A DNA stretch of 64,000 nt. Source: Podarcis filfolensis (lineage: Eukaryota). The stretch lies in the NCBI GenBank assembly GCA_964270895.1, contig OZ185447.1; one strand, written 5' to 3'. Every line of letters begins with the position of its first letter. The first letter of the stretch is position 1. Made by a program: the position numbers and the translations under genes. This document shows positions 45,481 to 57,756 of the stretch, in pieces. Below the pieces are notes generated by a model that worked only from the letters and a program-made list of their open reading frames with translations, was not told the DNA's origin and did no database searches.

Positions 45481-46499
45481 TTAGACTTACCCTCCATATT
45501 CTGTATTCCCTCTAGCTTTCTCACCCAGTACTTTTGTTCTCTCCTCACCTCTGCCTTGGAAAAAGGAAAATAGAAAATCACTTGTTGTCTTCTCTTTTAA
45601 AATGCTACTATTCAAAAGAATCAATTCCAGGATGCACCAAGAGCTTGAATAGATTTTCTTATCCCTATGTAATAAAGTTAAGGAAAATAATATCAGGTCA
45701 GCAGTCAAGGCTCTGATTGAAGAAAGGAAATCATTAACACTGGTGCAAGTAGCAGTACAGTAGACACAAAAGCTTTGGATTTGTGTCACTAGCTCCCCCT
45801 TCTGGCAGGAAAAGAGACACTTGAAGGAATGTATCCATTGTGGGAATGGATGCATAGAAGACGGCCTTCTGTTTTTTGTTTTTCTAAGGCAGAGGGTATG
45901 TATGTGGAAAAACGTATATGTCATATATATATATATGTTTAAGATCATTAGACTTCATAGACTCTTACTAGTATTTGTAGAACATCTAAACCAAAATTTG
46001 GTCCCTAAATAGACCTGGTCACTCCTGATTACTAGGAAAGGTTATGAGGACACTTTTTACACACCTGTGTCTTGAAACATAGAAGCTTACAGAGCAAGGC
46101 AAGCCACATACTTCAAGCAGCCTCAGACTGACAAAGCAAGTGTTCACAGTGAACTTCATTTGGGCATATGAAATTTCTGCTTGGCCATTAATAGTGCATG
46201 GACAATCTTCAGGCTAATATTCAGCTTTGTAGGAGAGAGCAGTATCCCAGGAAAACACACACACTACTACCTTAATCAATCTCTTAACAGTGAGAAATAT
46301 ATTACCATCTTCCATGGTCTAGGGACTTAGGGTCTGGGCTGTATATGTTCTGTGCTAAAAGAAAAACTTTTCACCCAAAAAAACACACACTAACCTGAAA
46401 TAAATCATGTTAAATGGAAGTGTAATCTTTTATCAATCTTAGAAGCAAGCCCCATTCAGTTCAATGGTGTTTTCTCCCAAGTGAGTGTAGGGCTAGAGC

Positions 46500-46665
46500 C
46501 TAAGCAACGTAGGAAATTGTCTCATAGCTTGCTCAGTATTGATGATATTGGTAGCGGTTTCCCATAGTTTCAGATTGAGGTCTGCCAGCCCTACCTGAAG
46601 ATGTTGGATTGAATCTGGGATCTTCTGCATGCCAAGCATGTGCTCAACCACTGAACTATAGCCTT
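46500..46665 (-). mobile_element. tRNA-derived squamate SINE (tRNA-Ala-like head, Squam3-like)
   Basis: Minus strand: ggctatagttcagtggttgagcacatgcttggcatgcagaagatcccagattcaatcc..catcttcaggtagggctgg; degraded A/B boxes and a non-tRNA body. Confidence 0.7.
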
Positions 46666-47289
46666 TTCCAAATCGCATAGAGCTTTGTAAAATTATTTAT
46701 TCTGCTTCCCCCAAACCGACAAGCTACATGTAAGCATCTATTAGTACTGAAGTGCTAGCCTATGACCAGTGAAAGTTCTGATCAAGCCCAAATCTAGTTT
46801 CTGATCCCACCAGGCACTGATCCCATGTCTTCCAAATTTCTCTTTGCTGCCATGAGGGCTAGAAATGGATTGGTTTTCATGCTTTAAAGGAAATGTCAGC
46901 ACCCTAAGAGTCTTTCAGTTCTGCAATATGAAGAGTGGAAAAACATACTTCTTTTATTTCCCCCCTAAGATTATTGCTGACGCACATGGCAGACAAAGGC
47001 ATTGTGATGGAGTGACTTAGGAACACAACTTATTTATTTATTTGTTGTGTGGGGGGGTTGGTTACATTTCTAACCTGTACTCTTCAGTAAATAATGTTCT
47101 TGGGATGGCTTGGGAAAAAATATTTCAGCCAGATCTGAAAAACCAGTAATTGATGACGCATAAAAAATAATCAAGAGGGGAAGAATGGGTAAGAAATTTC
47201 ACCATGGCTTAAAATACTTGGATTGTTGTTTGTTTGGGGATTTTTTTTAAAAAAAATAAACCTGGGACAAGAAAAAGGTATTTATTTGC

Positions 47290-47545
47290 CTGGTGCTGAA
47301 CTGATAAACAACATAGGTGCTAGGTGAGCTTTCCAGATGAAGGGGTTTCAATGCCTGTGCCACCACCAAACAGGCACTCTCCCTGGGCATGATATATTTT
47401 ATGTTGGAACGGGGGGGGGGGCCAGTAGAGAAGCTCAGAGGACAGCCTCAGTCTATTTGTGGACTGATCCAGGTGAAGATAGTCTAACAGGTATCTGTCT
47501 ACTGAGCCATGTAGGGCTTTAAAGGTAAGTACCAATGCTTTTGAC
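47290..47545 (-). mobile_element. L2 3' fragment
   Basis: Minus strand ctttaaagccctacatggctc..ggcacaggcattgaaacccct pattern. Confidence 0.55.
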
Positions 47546-50500
47546 TAGACTCAGAAATAGACCATGAATCAGTGATACTTTTTTCAACACAAATTAAATA
47601 TAAACCCTGCAACACAAGGGGTACCCTGGCAACTGTGTTTTGAACAGCCTTTTCCAACTCTTCAAGTGCAATGCCACGTACAAATAAGCTCTCTCATCCT
47701 AATTGTGCCTTTACTCACTTCTAGCTTTATTACGACAATGCCAACAAAGGTGCCCAGCCTATTTCTGTGAATTTAACCCTTTAGAATGGAAAATCTAGGC
47801 AATTCTTGGGAGGAGGCCTTTCTGCTTTCGGTGGCTGCTGGGAAACATTGTGTGTTAAAGCATGCAGTGCAATGAATTAAAAACACCACCACAAAACTGC
47901 AGTTTAGTTTGAACAAAAACACAAAAGCGTCACAGAATCTATGTTCAGGGTCCAACCTCTACCAAGTTCAAATTGTTATTGATCATAAAATGTCACTGGG
48001 TGATTTTTGGTGTGTCACTGTCTCATGGCATAACCTACCTCACAAGGTTTTTGTGATGTTAAATGGAGGGAAAGAGCTGCTTAGAGGAAGGAAAGGATAA
48101 AAATCTAAATAAAAAAATTAAAATGTAAAGGCTTGGGGCTAAAATCCCATATTCAATTATCAGAGGCTTATTTCTGTGTCCACAAATATTGGATTGCACT
48201 GATAATTATTGCAGGGTTATAAACTGTATGTTAAGGATCCTAACATTTAAAAACTGACCCTTCATCCTTTGGCTTCAATAACAGCCTGATGGACCAAATT
48301 TAAGAAGTCAACATTTTTTTCCACCACCTTAGAAGGAGGCTGAAAAAGAGAAATGCCAGGAGAAACTTCCCCATTTTGGTATATTTTCCTACGCTTGGAA
48401 TGGAGAGTGAGATACAGAAAATTTAGAAGCAAATTTAGCAGAATCAGGATTAGGTATTTCATTGCTTAAATCAAAAATATGAAAGAAAAATCGCTGAATT
48501 CTCACATAAAAACAAAATACATAATGTATTTAGTATAATATATTTTATTAGCTGATCAATGTATTGTACATACATTGTAAAGATAGAAATTTGGGCAATC
48601 TTAGGGGTTAATACCAGCGAGATTTTTACATGCTAGAAGAGACATGGAAGTAGCAGTAAGGGGGAAGGTGGTGCTAAGTGTACCTTCCTGTGCAGCATCC
48701 CCCCTCCCTGTTTGCCCCAAGCCGACAACAAAGCTTAGCTATGGGATCACAAAGTGCAAGAGCTGTCAACATGCATAGCCTGGTGAGTGATGGGAAGTCC
48801 AGAGCTGGGGTTATTCTATTTATTATTTGTAACATTTTTACTTTTCAAGTCTGTGAGTTTTGGGGCATCAGCAAAGCTGGGATATTGGGATTATTGGATA
48901 TGAGATTTTGTCTGCTAGAAATAAAACGTTAGAAGTTTGCAAGCTGGAATAGCTGCAGGTTGGGTAGTTTCCTAGATGATGGTGGTGATTGCCGCTTCTC
49001 CTGGGAGAAATGTGGCCTCACAAAGGGATATTGCTTTGCTGTATGTAGTGAAGGAAGAAGGCTGCTGGTATAACTTGCCTTTGCCATAGCCTGACCCAGG
49101 TAAGCTGTCCATCTTAGTTGCTGGAAGTGTAGGATATGAAAAAGGATGAAAGCCCTTTCTGAGGCTGTAGGCTAGTAGCATGAGCTAAATGGGAAGTACT
49201 GGACTAGTAGTAGAGTTGTTTTCTCGTGTTGTGGCAGAAGACTGGGGAGGGTCATGAGAATCTTTCACGTTAGACATGTCTCCCAGCCACAAGGTCTTTA
49301 TTTGTTGTTTTAGAGTCTGCTAGCACCTGTCCCTTTCAGCCAAGGAAAAGCACACCATGTTACAGTTTAGGAATGTAGTTACAGAGACACCGAGAAGAGA
49401 ATTAATAGACTCCTTTTCTCCAGGTAAGGGTTCTTTTCTTCTGTTAAGTACATCCTCCAGGTATCTGATGCCTGTATTCTTTAGCCTAAGCAGGACTGCC
49501 TTCTGATTGGGCGGTATGGCCTATAGTAATTGAGGGGGGGGAATAGTAGCCAACATAACGCTTTTGCAGGGTTTTGTTGGGAAGATGATGTTTTCAGCTG
49601 GTCTTCATTTATTAATTTTTTTGCAAACGAAGGAGGATAAAGTAATTTCTAGCTTTCACAATTCTGGAAGCAAGCTTGAAAATGTTACAGTAATTACGAG
49701 CTAATGACGTGGAACCTAAAAATACCCTGAGAACTGCTTTTAGTTTATCCATGAGGAAATAGTTGTTAAGAATAAGTCATCTTGAGTCCCAATAAACTCT
49801 TACTCTTAATTTTTCTTTCCTTTGAACAGGGCATTTCTATCCGCAAACCTCTTGTAACTCCTGAGATGGATTGAGGGAAGGAACATAACAAAACAGGCTC
49901 TGAGGCAAGGAATAGCCTTCTAGCTTCAAGGAACTACAGAACAGCTCCAAGATCACTTGGTAAAATGGAGAAAGTGAGGTCTGGTGGGAGGGGTAGCACA
50001 CAGTGATTAAAACATCAGAAGTAGGTAACTGATATGGTAAGATCACTGTCAATACAGTAGGCTCAGGTCTTGACTGTCTCCCTTTAAAAAATATATTATT
50101 AATTTGTTGGTTCTCAGAGGATGTAGCACTCCACACTGGTGTGGTAGGAGAGGATGGAAGTGTAGCAAGAAGATTCAAGGACAATCAAAGAAATATTTAA
50201 ACATTTCAGTTTAGTATAGTATAGTATAGTATTAGTATCAAAATATTTTGAGGGGGATGTACAACCAGAAACATTATCCATGCCTCTCTTCAAGAGCATG
50301 ACTATTCTTCTGAACTTCTCCATGGCATACTACAGGGATTTTCAACTCTGGCAAATATGAAAGTTCAGAAAAGGGAAAGGCTTCTTTGTGTTGATGAGAT
50401 GAGAGTTCATTTATCTCAGACTAGACCTAAGAGAAATGAAATTACCTGGCAAAAGTGAGCTCACGCTTCTCACTGGGTTTGTATACAAATTTAAGGTACA

Positions 50501-51054
50501 TATGTAAGAGGCTCATTTATAATTGTATTTTGAGAATGATTCATGTTCTTATGTAGCTGCATTATAAAAAAACGTTTTGGATGCCCCATGATCATATTAT
50601 AAAGTCGTCGTGTTCTATGCTATAAATCAAGCACTGACAGGAGTTGTTTCCTTTTGTTTTCCAATGTATTTCTAAGCAATAAAAAAAAAATTGGCATGAG
50701 CAAATATTTGTTTTAAAAGTGTGGCCCTGAGAAAAAAAGTTAAAGAAGCACTGTATTAATTATTATTAATAATCACCATCTCAACAGTTAAGACACTGCA
50801 CAGTAACTATTATTAAAAGGAGCATCCCCAAGTTCAAGATGCTAGTTTTAACACTAGAGTCAGGAACAGGAAACTAGAAACCTGTGCTGCTTCCAGCACT
50901 CTTGAGGGTCTTCTGTACTTTTATCTCCCAAACCACATCCTAAGCACAGCTGCCAGCAGTGAATACAGTATCAAGGATGAGTGGCTAGGAAGATGGAATA
51001 ATCTGGGCAAGAGGTGGTGGCAGGATAAAAAGACGTGGGAATGATGAGTTAGTC

Positions 51055-51188
51055 CAGGCATAGGCAAACTCTGGCCCTCCAAATGTTTGGGACTACAGTT
51101 CCCATCATCCCTGACCTCTGGTCCTGTTAGCTAGGGATGATGGGAATTGTAGTCCCAAACATCTGGAGGGCCGGAGTTTGCCTGTGGC
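51055..51188. mobile_element. Palindromic about 130-bp MITE, best-preserved copy. Other copies at about 24692-24828, 32180-32308, 33325-33457, 42215-42335, 45214-45347, 54027-54151 and 60413-60548.
   Basis: A stem of about 50 bp (ggcaaactctggccctcc..gactacagttcccatcatccct / agggatgatgggaattgtagtc..ggagggccggagtttgcc). The same architecture recurs eight times in the window. Confidence 0.8.
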
Positions 51189-51660
51189 TTAGTCCATAAA
51201 TACAACTCAAGCATATTGTGCTGAGAATGAGACCCTGTGGAAGAGCCATATTTATTCAGAAGTGGGCCAGTTCAGGAGTCTTGTCTTACTGGCCTGCAGC
51301 AACTTTCATAATAGCTGTCATGGAGAGGCTTATCTAGCTCATCATACACTTTCTAGGTTGGAAACCACAATGAGGTGAGAAAATAAATTCACTGTGGTTG
51401 AGAAAGGCTCTTTACATATGCACTGGCCTAAGCTGCAGTAGTGCCCACATTCAGGACCCAAGGCCAATGCAGAAAGAACAGAGAGGAAGGAAGAAGATGA
51501 GGACTTGGTAAAAAATATATCTAAAGACTAACTGGCAGCAAATGATGCAGAATAGATGGAACTAAGGTGGTTAAAAGACTTGTGGAAGCAGAATGTGAGG
51601 ATTGATGGTCGTTGGGGATTGATGGTAGATGAATCAATGTGAATTTCTTCTTTCTACTAG

Positions 51661-53315
51661 GAAACAGAAAGATGGATACAGCTGAAAAACCTGCAAGCAA
51701 AAGGGAAGATGTAGTATCAGGAATAAAATCTCAGAGAAGTTTAGCAACCCCAGTAGCAAAGCATCGGCGAGTAGGCAGGGTAATCTGCGGTGTTTGTGGA
51801 AAGAGCTTTGTCAAGACCTGTGAACTGTTTGCCCACCAGCAGACCCACACAGGGGAGAAGCCATACGAGTGCTCAGATTGTGGCCGTTGCTTCTCTGTCC
51901 AGTCCGCATTGGCCAGTCACCAGAGTATCCACACAGGAGAGAAGCCTTACAGATGTCAGGAGTGTGGCAAGAACTTCCGGCTGAAGAGCAACTTGGCCCG
52001 CCACCAACGAGTTCATGATGGCATAAGACCATTCCGATGTGAATACTGCGGGACCACCTACAGCACCAAAGCTCACCTGGTCTGGCACCTGAACACCCAT
52101 ACAGGTGAGAAGCCATACAAATGTACTGAGTGCTGGAAGCGTTTTGGAGAGATCTCCTTGCTTGTAGAGCATCTTCTTTCACACCAGGTTGATGGTAGTG
52201 GTGGAAAAAATGGAACTGCCTCTGCAGGACGTTTAGGTAGTGGGAACCTTCACCGCTGCGACGATTGCGGCAAGAACTTCTGCCGGAACACCACGTTAGC
52301 TGAACACCGTCGCATTCACACTGGTGAGCGTCCTTTTGCCTGTGAGGAGTGTGGCGAGCGGTTCATGCGACGGGCTCTCTACAACGAACATGTCCGCACT
52401 CACTCTGAAGAGGGCCCACCCAACCTGTGTGCAGCCTGTGGTAAATCTTTCACCAAGCGCTATTCCCTTCTCCAGCATCAGAGGTCACACACAGGAGAAA
52501 AGCCCTACCAGTGCCCCGATTGTCCAAAAAGCTTCATTGCCAGCTCTGCCTTGACACAGCACCGGCGGATACACACTGGAGAGACACCCTACCCATGCCC
52601 AGATTGTGGGCGCAGTTTTAGCCAGAAATCAGTGCTCACAACTCATCGGAGACTTCACACAGGCGAGAGGCCATACAGATGCCAGGAGTGTGGGAAAGGC
52701 TTTAGTCAGAGTTCAGCGCTGACTCAGCATCTCCGGACTCACACTGGTGAGTCCCCGTACAGCTGCCAAGAGTGTGGGAAAAGTTTTAGTGGTATGTCAG
52801 CTCTCAAGCGACACCACCTCACCCATACAGGGGAACGCCCCTTTCGCTGTGATGAATGTGGCAAAGGGTTCAAGCAGAGCTCCACGCTGGTCCAGCACCA
52901 GAGGATTCACACTCACGAGAAGCCTTATGCCTGTCTACAGTGCAACAAAAACTACAGCCAACGGGCTGCTCTTGCCAAGCACCTGAGGACTCACACCAAG
53001 GAAGCCTTGCTTTCTGGCACATGCAGTGAGCCAATGGACATCAGGGTTTACAAAGAGCCTTTTGTCCAACCCCAAGAAGAGGAGAATACAGAGAATGACA
53101 TGGAGGAAGAAGCTGATGAGGTAGTGGTGCTCCCTCCAGGGACATGGGATGCTGAGGTAAAAGAAGAGTCAGAGCTTCAGTGGGAGAATGACATACCATT
53201 TGCAGAAACGGGGTCACTCTCATGGGTGAAAAAGGAAGAGTCAGATGAGGCCCAGGTAGAAAGGAGAGAACTATCAACAGTTTCTCTGCACATCAAAGAG
53301 GAACCAGATGACTGA
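51661..53315 (+). CDS. C2H2 zinc-finger protein, 14 fingers, acidic C-terminal tail, no KRAB/SCAN seen. First ATG in the exon is at 51672 (547 aa); upstream exons are unresolved.
   Basis: Long ORF with 14 CxxC-12-HxxxH units and TGE(K/R)P linkers. Acceptor ttcttctttctactag|G at 51660/51661. Stop TGA at 53313-53315. Confidence 0.92.
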
Positions 53316-54325
53316 AAGAATTGTGGGCACGATGTCAGGCTTTGTGGTTTTTTCAAACAAATGTGCCAGGGCTGTCCCAGAAACTCCCACATGTGACAAG
53401 GGGTTCTGTCTTGGAGGGAGAAAGATAAATCTAAACTTGGAGCACTGTAAGGATAGACCTCTGAAAAGAGTGCTATTGGAACTGAAACCTGCCTTGAACC
53501 ATGTTTATCAACCCTCAAATCCTGCAGTCTAATACCAGAATTGTATAGCTTGGTTATGAATACTCAGTGGTGAGGAAAATGAATTCAGTATATCCTGAAC
53601 AGCATTCTTCATTACCTGGGTTCATGCAGTGTCCTCTTGGCAGGGAGCAGATTCAGAAGAGGTTCCAGAGCAGAGCCTTAACTCAAAGAAATTATTGGCT
53701 GATCATATTCTGTGGGTCAGCTTGGGGAGTTTGTGGTCTTGAAAACGCACTTTAAAAAGAAAAAAAGTGTTTGGGTGCTCCAAAGTTGCACATGCAATTT
53801 GGAAGGTATAAAACTAGAATTGCAGGCAGCACTTGTAGTGGCCATGTAACCAATTAATATGAGGGGTAGATGGCATGGAGGGGAATGAGTATTCCCAGGA
53901 GGTGATTGTGCTAAAATGTCTCTCTGCATTCACAATGTATTAAAGGCATGATGACAACAGTGGTGCTGCAGTCAATATTTTCCAGTAGCAATGTTAATAC
54001 ACTATGCCTCAATCTTTGCCCTAGGGCAGGATTAGGAACCTGCGGTGTCTCTAATGTTGTTGGACTACTCTCCCAGATCATTGGCTGTGCTGCCTGGGGC
54101 TGATGAGAGTTGATCCAACAACATCTGGAAGGCCACAGGTTCTCTATCCCTACCGTTGGGCCAGGTTACGAACACCCCCTCCATGCATTGTGCTAGTTCA
54201 TAGAGGAATAGTGCCATGTCACCTTGGAAATGGCTTGGGCAGTGTTCACATTGCCTGTTTTCTGACAGGACCCTTATCGATTATAGGATTAAATAAAGTT
54301 TACCGAAAGTTAACAAATAAATGCT

Positions 54326-54427
54326 GAAGAACTCTGGGCAATCCTACGGCAGAAAAGCTCAACAACTCTGGGCTCAACAACTCTGGGCAATCCTCCACAG
54401 AAAAAGCTCAACAACTCTGGGCAATCT
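54326..54427. repeat. Irregular minisatellite (core aactctgggc x4, unit about 34-35 bp with one truncated unit)
   Basis: Cores at about 54330, 54364, 54379 and 54414; the intervening sequences are related to each other. Confidence 0.9.
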
Positions 54428-56579
54428 ACCCACCTCACGCACGCGCCTCCTCCCTCCAATGACAATGGGTAGATCACTGCCAGGTTTTTTTATACTGTGA
54501 GTAGATCGCAGTTGGACATGCCTGACATAAGCTATCAGTTGTAGTCCCACAGCAGAAAGTTGGCTTTTGCTTTGTTTTTTGTTGCCACAGGGAAAAGATA
54601 CAGGAAACATTTCTTCATAGTGGTGTTAAAACCCTTGAAACATTGTTTGCACTCTTTTTACGAAACAGGAATTCTTTACCACTCATTTTGCTCTTTCTTG
54701 GGCTCAAGTTATGGCTCCTCCTCCACACATTTCTAATGGATGATGAAAGTGAAGTGGGTATCTTAGAGTTTTCTGGAGGCTAGAAGGAGTTGCGGCTCTG
54801 AATTTAAGCAACATATATTATCTTCTGCTGAACTGGTCTGTCCTTATCATACAGGAGGCAGCTCTTTAAAAGAAAATATATGTAGCATTATTTTATTAAA
54901 ACCACCCTCAGGCCATGATTTCATTTACAACTTCACTGGCTTCTCTGACAGAAAGGTATCACTTATGCTTGAATTAATTTTTAAAAACCAAATAAAAAAC
55001 TCAAGAGAACTTAACTTAGTCCTTTTAAAAATGCATTTATGGAAGAGTGTTTCCAATAGCAAGAGCCAATTTCATGAGGGGGGGGGAATAGGGATAATGA
55101 ACAATGAACCTAGATAACCTTGGTTCAACTCTTCACTCAATTGTAGACTCACTAGAGGCACAGTTTTTACAATCTTTCCATTTCAATTCCTCAGTCTGCA
55201 AGATGGGACCACTGATTGCCTACCCTACAGGGTTGTTGTAAGGACAACACTAACATTTGCAAAGAAAATTATGAACAGCGAGTTACTTTTCCTTTTTTTT
55301 TTAACATCTGAAAGCTAGAACTGTATTTGCATAACAGTGCTCAAGACCACAATTTAGTGATGTTTACATAAGCAGTTACTTCACTTTAACAACAAATGAA
55401 CAACTTTCCAAAGTATCTAGTAGATACACTGCAAAGGAAAGTGGATGGGAAAAGAGGAACTGTGAATCAGGATTAACAGATTCAATTCTCAAGGCTAGGA
55501 ACTATTCTTTAAGCATTGTCTTCTTACACACACACACACCTCCTTATCTACAGTCCTCATCAGCACCTGCCTAGGAAATGTAGCAATACGATATGCTATT
55601 AAATGGTCCTGTTTTGAAGGAAAATAACATCTTCCAGTTTCCCAAGTTACCTTCACCTTCCTTGGGGGAAATCTCATGAAAAGGCATCCCCCTGCCTACT
55701 TACATCTGACCGATTATGTATTTAGTGTTTCTATCCAATTTGTCAGATAATTAATGAGTTGCAGTCAAAGCTAGTCCGTTAATAGACCCATTGCACTAAG
55801 GGACATGATGATTAGGTTCATTCATTTTGATGGGTCTACTCTGAATAGAACTTAGTTGGATAAAACCCATTGTCTCACATAGTGACCTGCATCAGTTAAG
55901 AGTAAGAGAGGTGTCCTGCCATCAGGCTTGCAATCTAAAAAGACAAAGGACACACAAAGAAGGGAGAAGGAGGGAAAGCAGTTTTTCAAAGACAAAACAA
56001 AGTGGTGAGCTAAAAGCAAGTCCTTTTGTCAAGCTTAGGTCAGGCTGGTCTTCTCTGCCGTACTACCTAGAATAGGAGTGGATGGCTGTTGTTCCTTTGG
56101 TCCTATTAAGAACACAATGGGACAAATGTGGGGACAATTTGCAGATCAGAAAGGAGGTGGTGTACTTATTTGGAAAATGGTCCTGAGGTTCCAAGTTACT
56201 GTTTTAAAGTATTTATTCGTCCTGAAAATGACAGCTCCACATATAGTTCAGGGGAAGTTTGTTTTCATACCTTCTGTCCTTCAACACAAAGAAGAACTGG
56301 TGTACTGACACTTCAAAATTTGTCGGTGGGGTCCAATTTTGTAAAAAAAACCAAACCCATAAAATTCCCGCCAGGAGTAAGAACACAAGCCTAACCACGT
56401 CAACTCTGAAGTAAATTGTATTGAATTCAATGGGGTTTACTCCCAGCTAATTTGAGATTAGGATTGCAGCCTACGTCAGTAAATTAAAAATACATATTGC
56501 CTTTGGAAATGCAGGTTTTGTTATCTCTAAGCTTCAGTTTTGAAAATACTGGCATTTCGGTCTGACAAGCCGCTACAAC

Positions 56580-57045
56580 AGAGTAGGATGACATTTACCG
56601 CCCTGCGGGAGCCTTTAACACTTCCCAATTTTTTGACTGGTGAATCTTGATACAACCTTCCTTTCCCCTGGCAAATCGAGAACGCTATCTTGCGTCAGAC
56701 TTCTTCCGGCAGAAGAGCTTGACCGAGCATAGAGCGCCCGATATACGCCTCTTGCTTCACGTTGACTGGCTATTCCTCTTAAAGAACGTGAGACGCACCA
56801 ATGAGAATCTCCCATTTGTTCTCCCTAGCGAACCTACTCTCATCTTCCGCCTCTTCCTTGAGGATTCTCCGCCCATTAGAGGCGCCGACCGGTCACCTGG
56901 TGGTCAGATGCAGGAAATGGGCAACTTGAATCCCTCTTGCGCGTTGTCTCTGGTGTCTTTTTTTGTCTCCTCCGAAGCTTCTCCTTCAGCGTCTGCATCT
57001 TGATTTATACTTGTCGCATCCTAGATCTTCTTGCTATATTGCATA
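56580..57045 (+). promoter_or_regulatory. BORCS6 CpG promoter
   Basis: CpG-rich stretch directly upstream of the ORF, with ETS CTTCCGG (about 56704), CCAAT (about 56798) and GC-box-like CCGCCC. Confidence 0.7.
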
Positions 57046-57756
57046 ATGGAGGGACAGCATATAATGGCTCAGGTGCATATACAGACCCCAACGTTCTCCT
57101 CCTCCTCGTCGTCGTCTGTGGCTGGGGAAGAATCCAGGAGGCTGAGGGTGGCAGCCCGCGAAAGGATGGCTGGAGGCCGTTTGTTGGACAGTCATAGCCT
57201 GGATGGGATAAGCCAAGTGTATGGAGCATCCAAGGCTCAGGAAGGTAGGAGGGCTACCATATCCAGCGCTTTGGAGCTAGAAGGGACAGTGAGCCATGAC
57301 GGGGACCTGACACACTTTGTGGCCAACAACCTGCAGATGAAGATCAAGATGAGCTCCCGGGGCAGTCTGGATGACACAGAACCCACCTCCTCATCATCAG
57401 TGTCGTCGCAGTTGTCTGTTAGGGGCAAAACTGCAGATATACCTCCCATTGACCCACAGGTGATTAGGGATCTGGAAAGGCTCACTAGGGATGTGGCACA
57501 GAAGGTGGACCAGATGCTAAGAGCCTTGAACAGCGCTATCCAGAACATGACAGCCCTCAGCGTTGGGTACATCCAGACTTACCGGGATGCTGTAGACAGC
57601 TTGGGTGAATCTGTGGACATGAGCATCAAAGGGATGTACACTCTGATGGCAAGGTGCGAGGAGTTGGACCGCTCCATGCAACCTGTCCATACCCTCGCTA
57701 AACAAATCCGGGAGATTAAGAGGACTCTGGAAATCTTTGAGGCACTTTGCAAGTAG
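57046..57756 (+). CDS. BORCS6: BLOC-1-related complex subunit 6 (lyspersin, C17orf59), single coding exon, 236 aa
   Basis: The C-terminal half (DLTHFVANNLQMKIK, PPIDP, MTALSVGYIQTYRDAVDSLGESVDMSIKGMYTLMARCEELDRSMQPV, TLEIFEALCK) closely matches recalled BORCS6. AATAAA at about 57876. The start codon choice (57046) is inferred. Confidence 0.92.
   Translation: MEGQHIMAQVHIQTPTFSSSSSSSVAGEESRRLRVAARERMAGGRLLDSHSLDGISQVYGASKAQEGRRATISSALELEGTVSHDGDLTHFVANNLQMKIKMSSRGSLDDTEPTSSSSVSSQLSVRGKTADIPPIDPQVIRDLERLTRDVAQKVDQMLRALNSAIQNMTALSVGYIQTYRDAVDSLGESVDMSIKGMYTLMARCEELDRSMQPVHTLAKQIREIKRTLEIFEALCK

Noticed and set aside
46590-46665. tRNA gene
   Set aside because: The acceptor stem and boxes are degraded and the sequence continues into a SINE body. 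The same applies to 28350-28410.
54326-54427. Repeat-spacer look (CRISPR-like)
   Set aside because: Spacers are related to each other and irregular, there are no cas genes, and the host is a vertebrate. It is a minisatellite.
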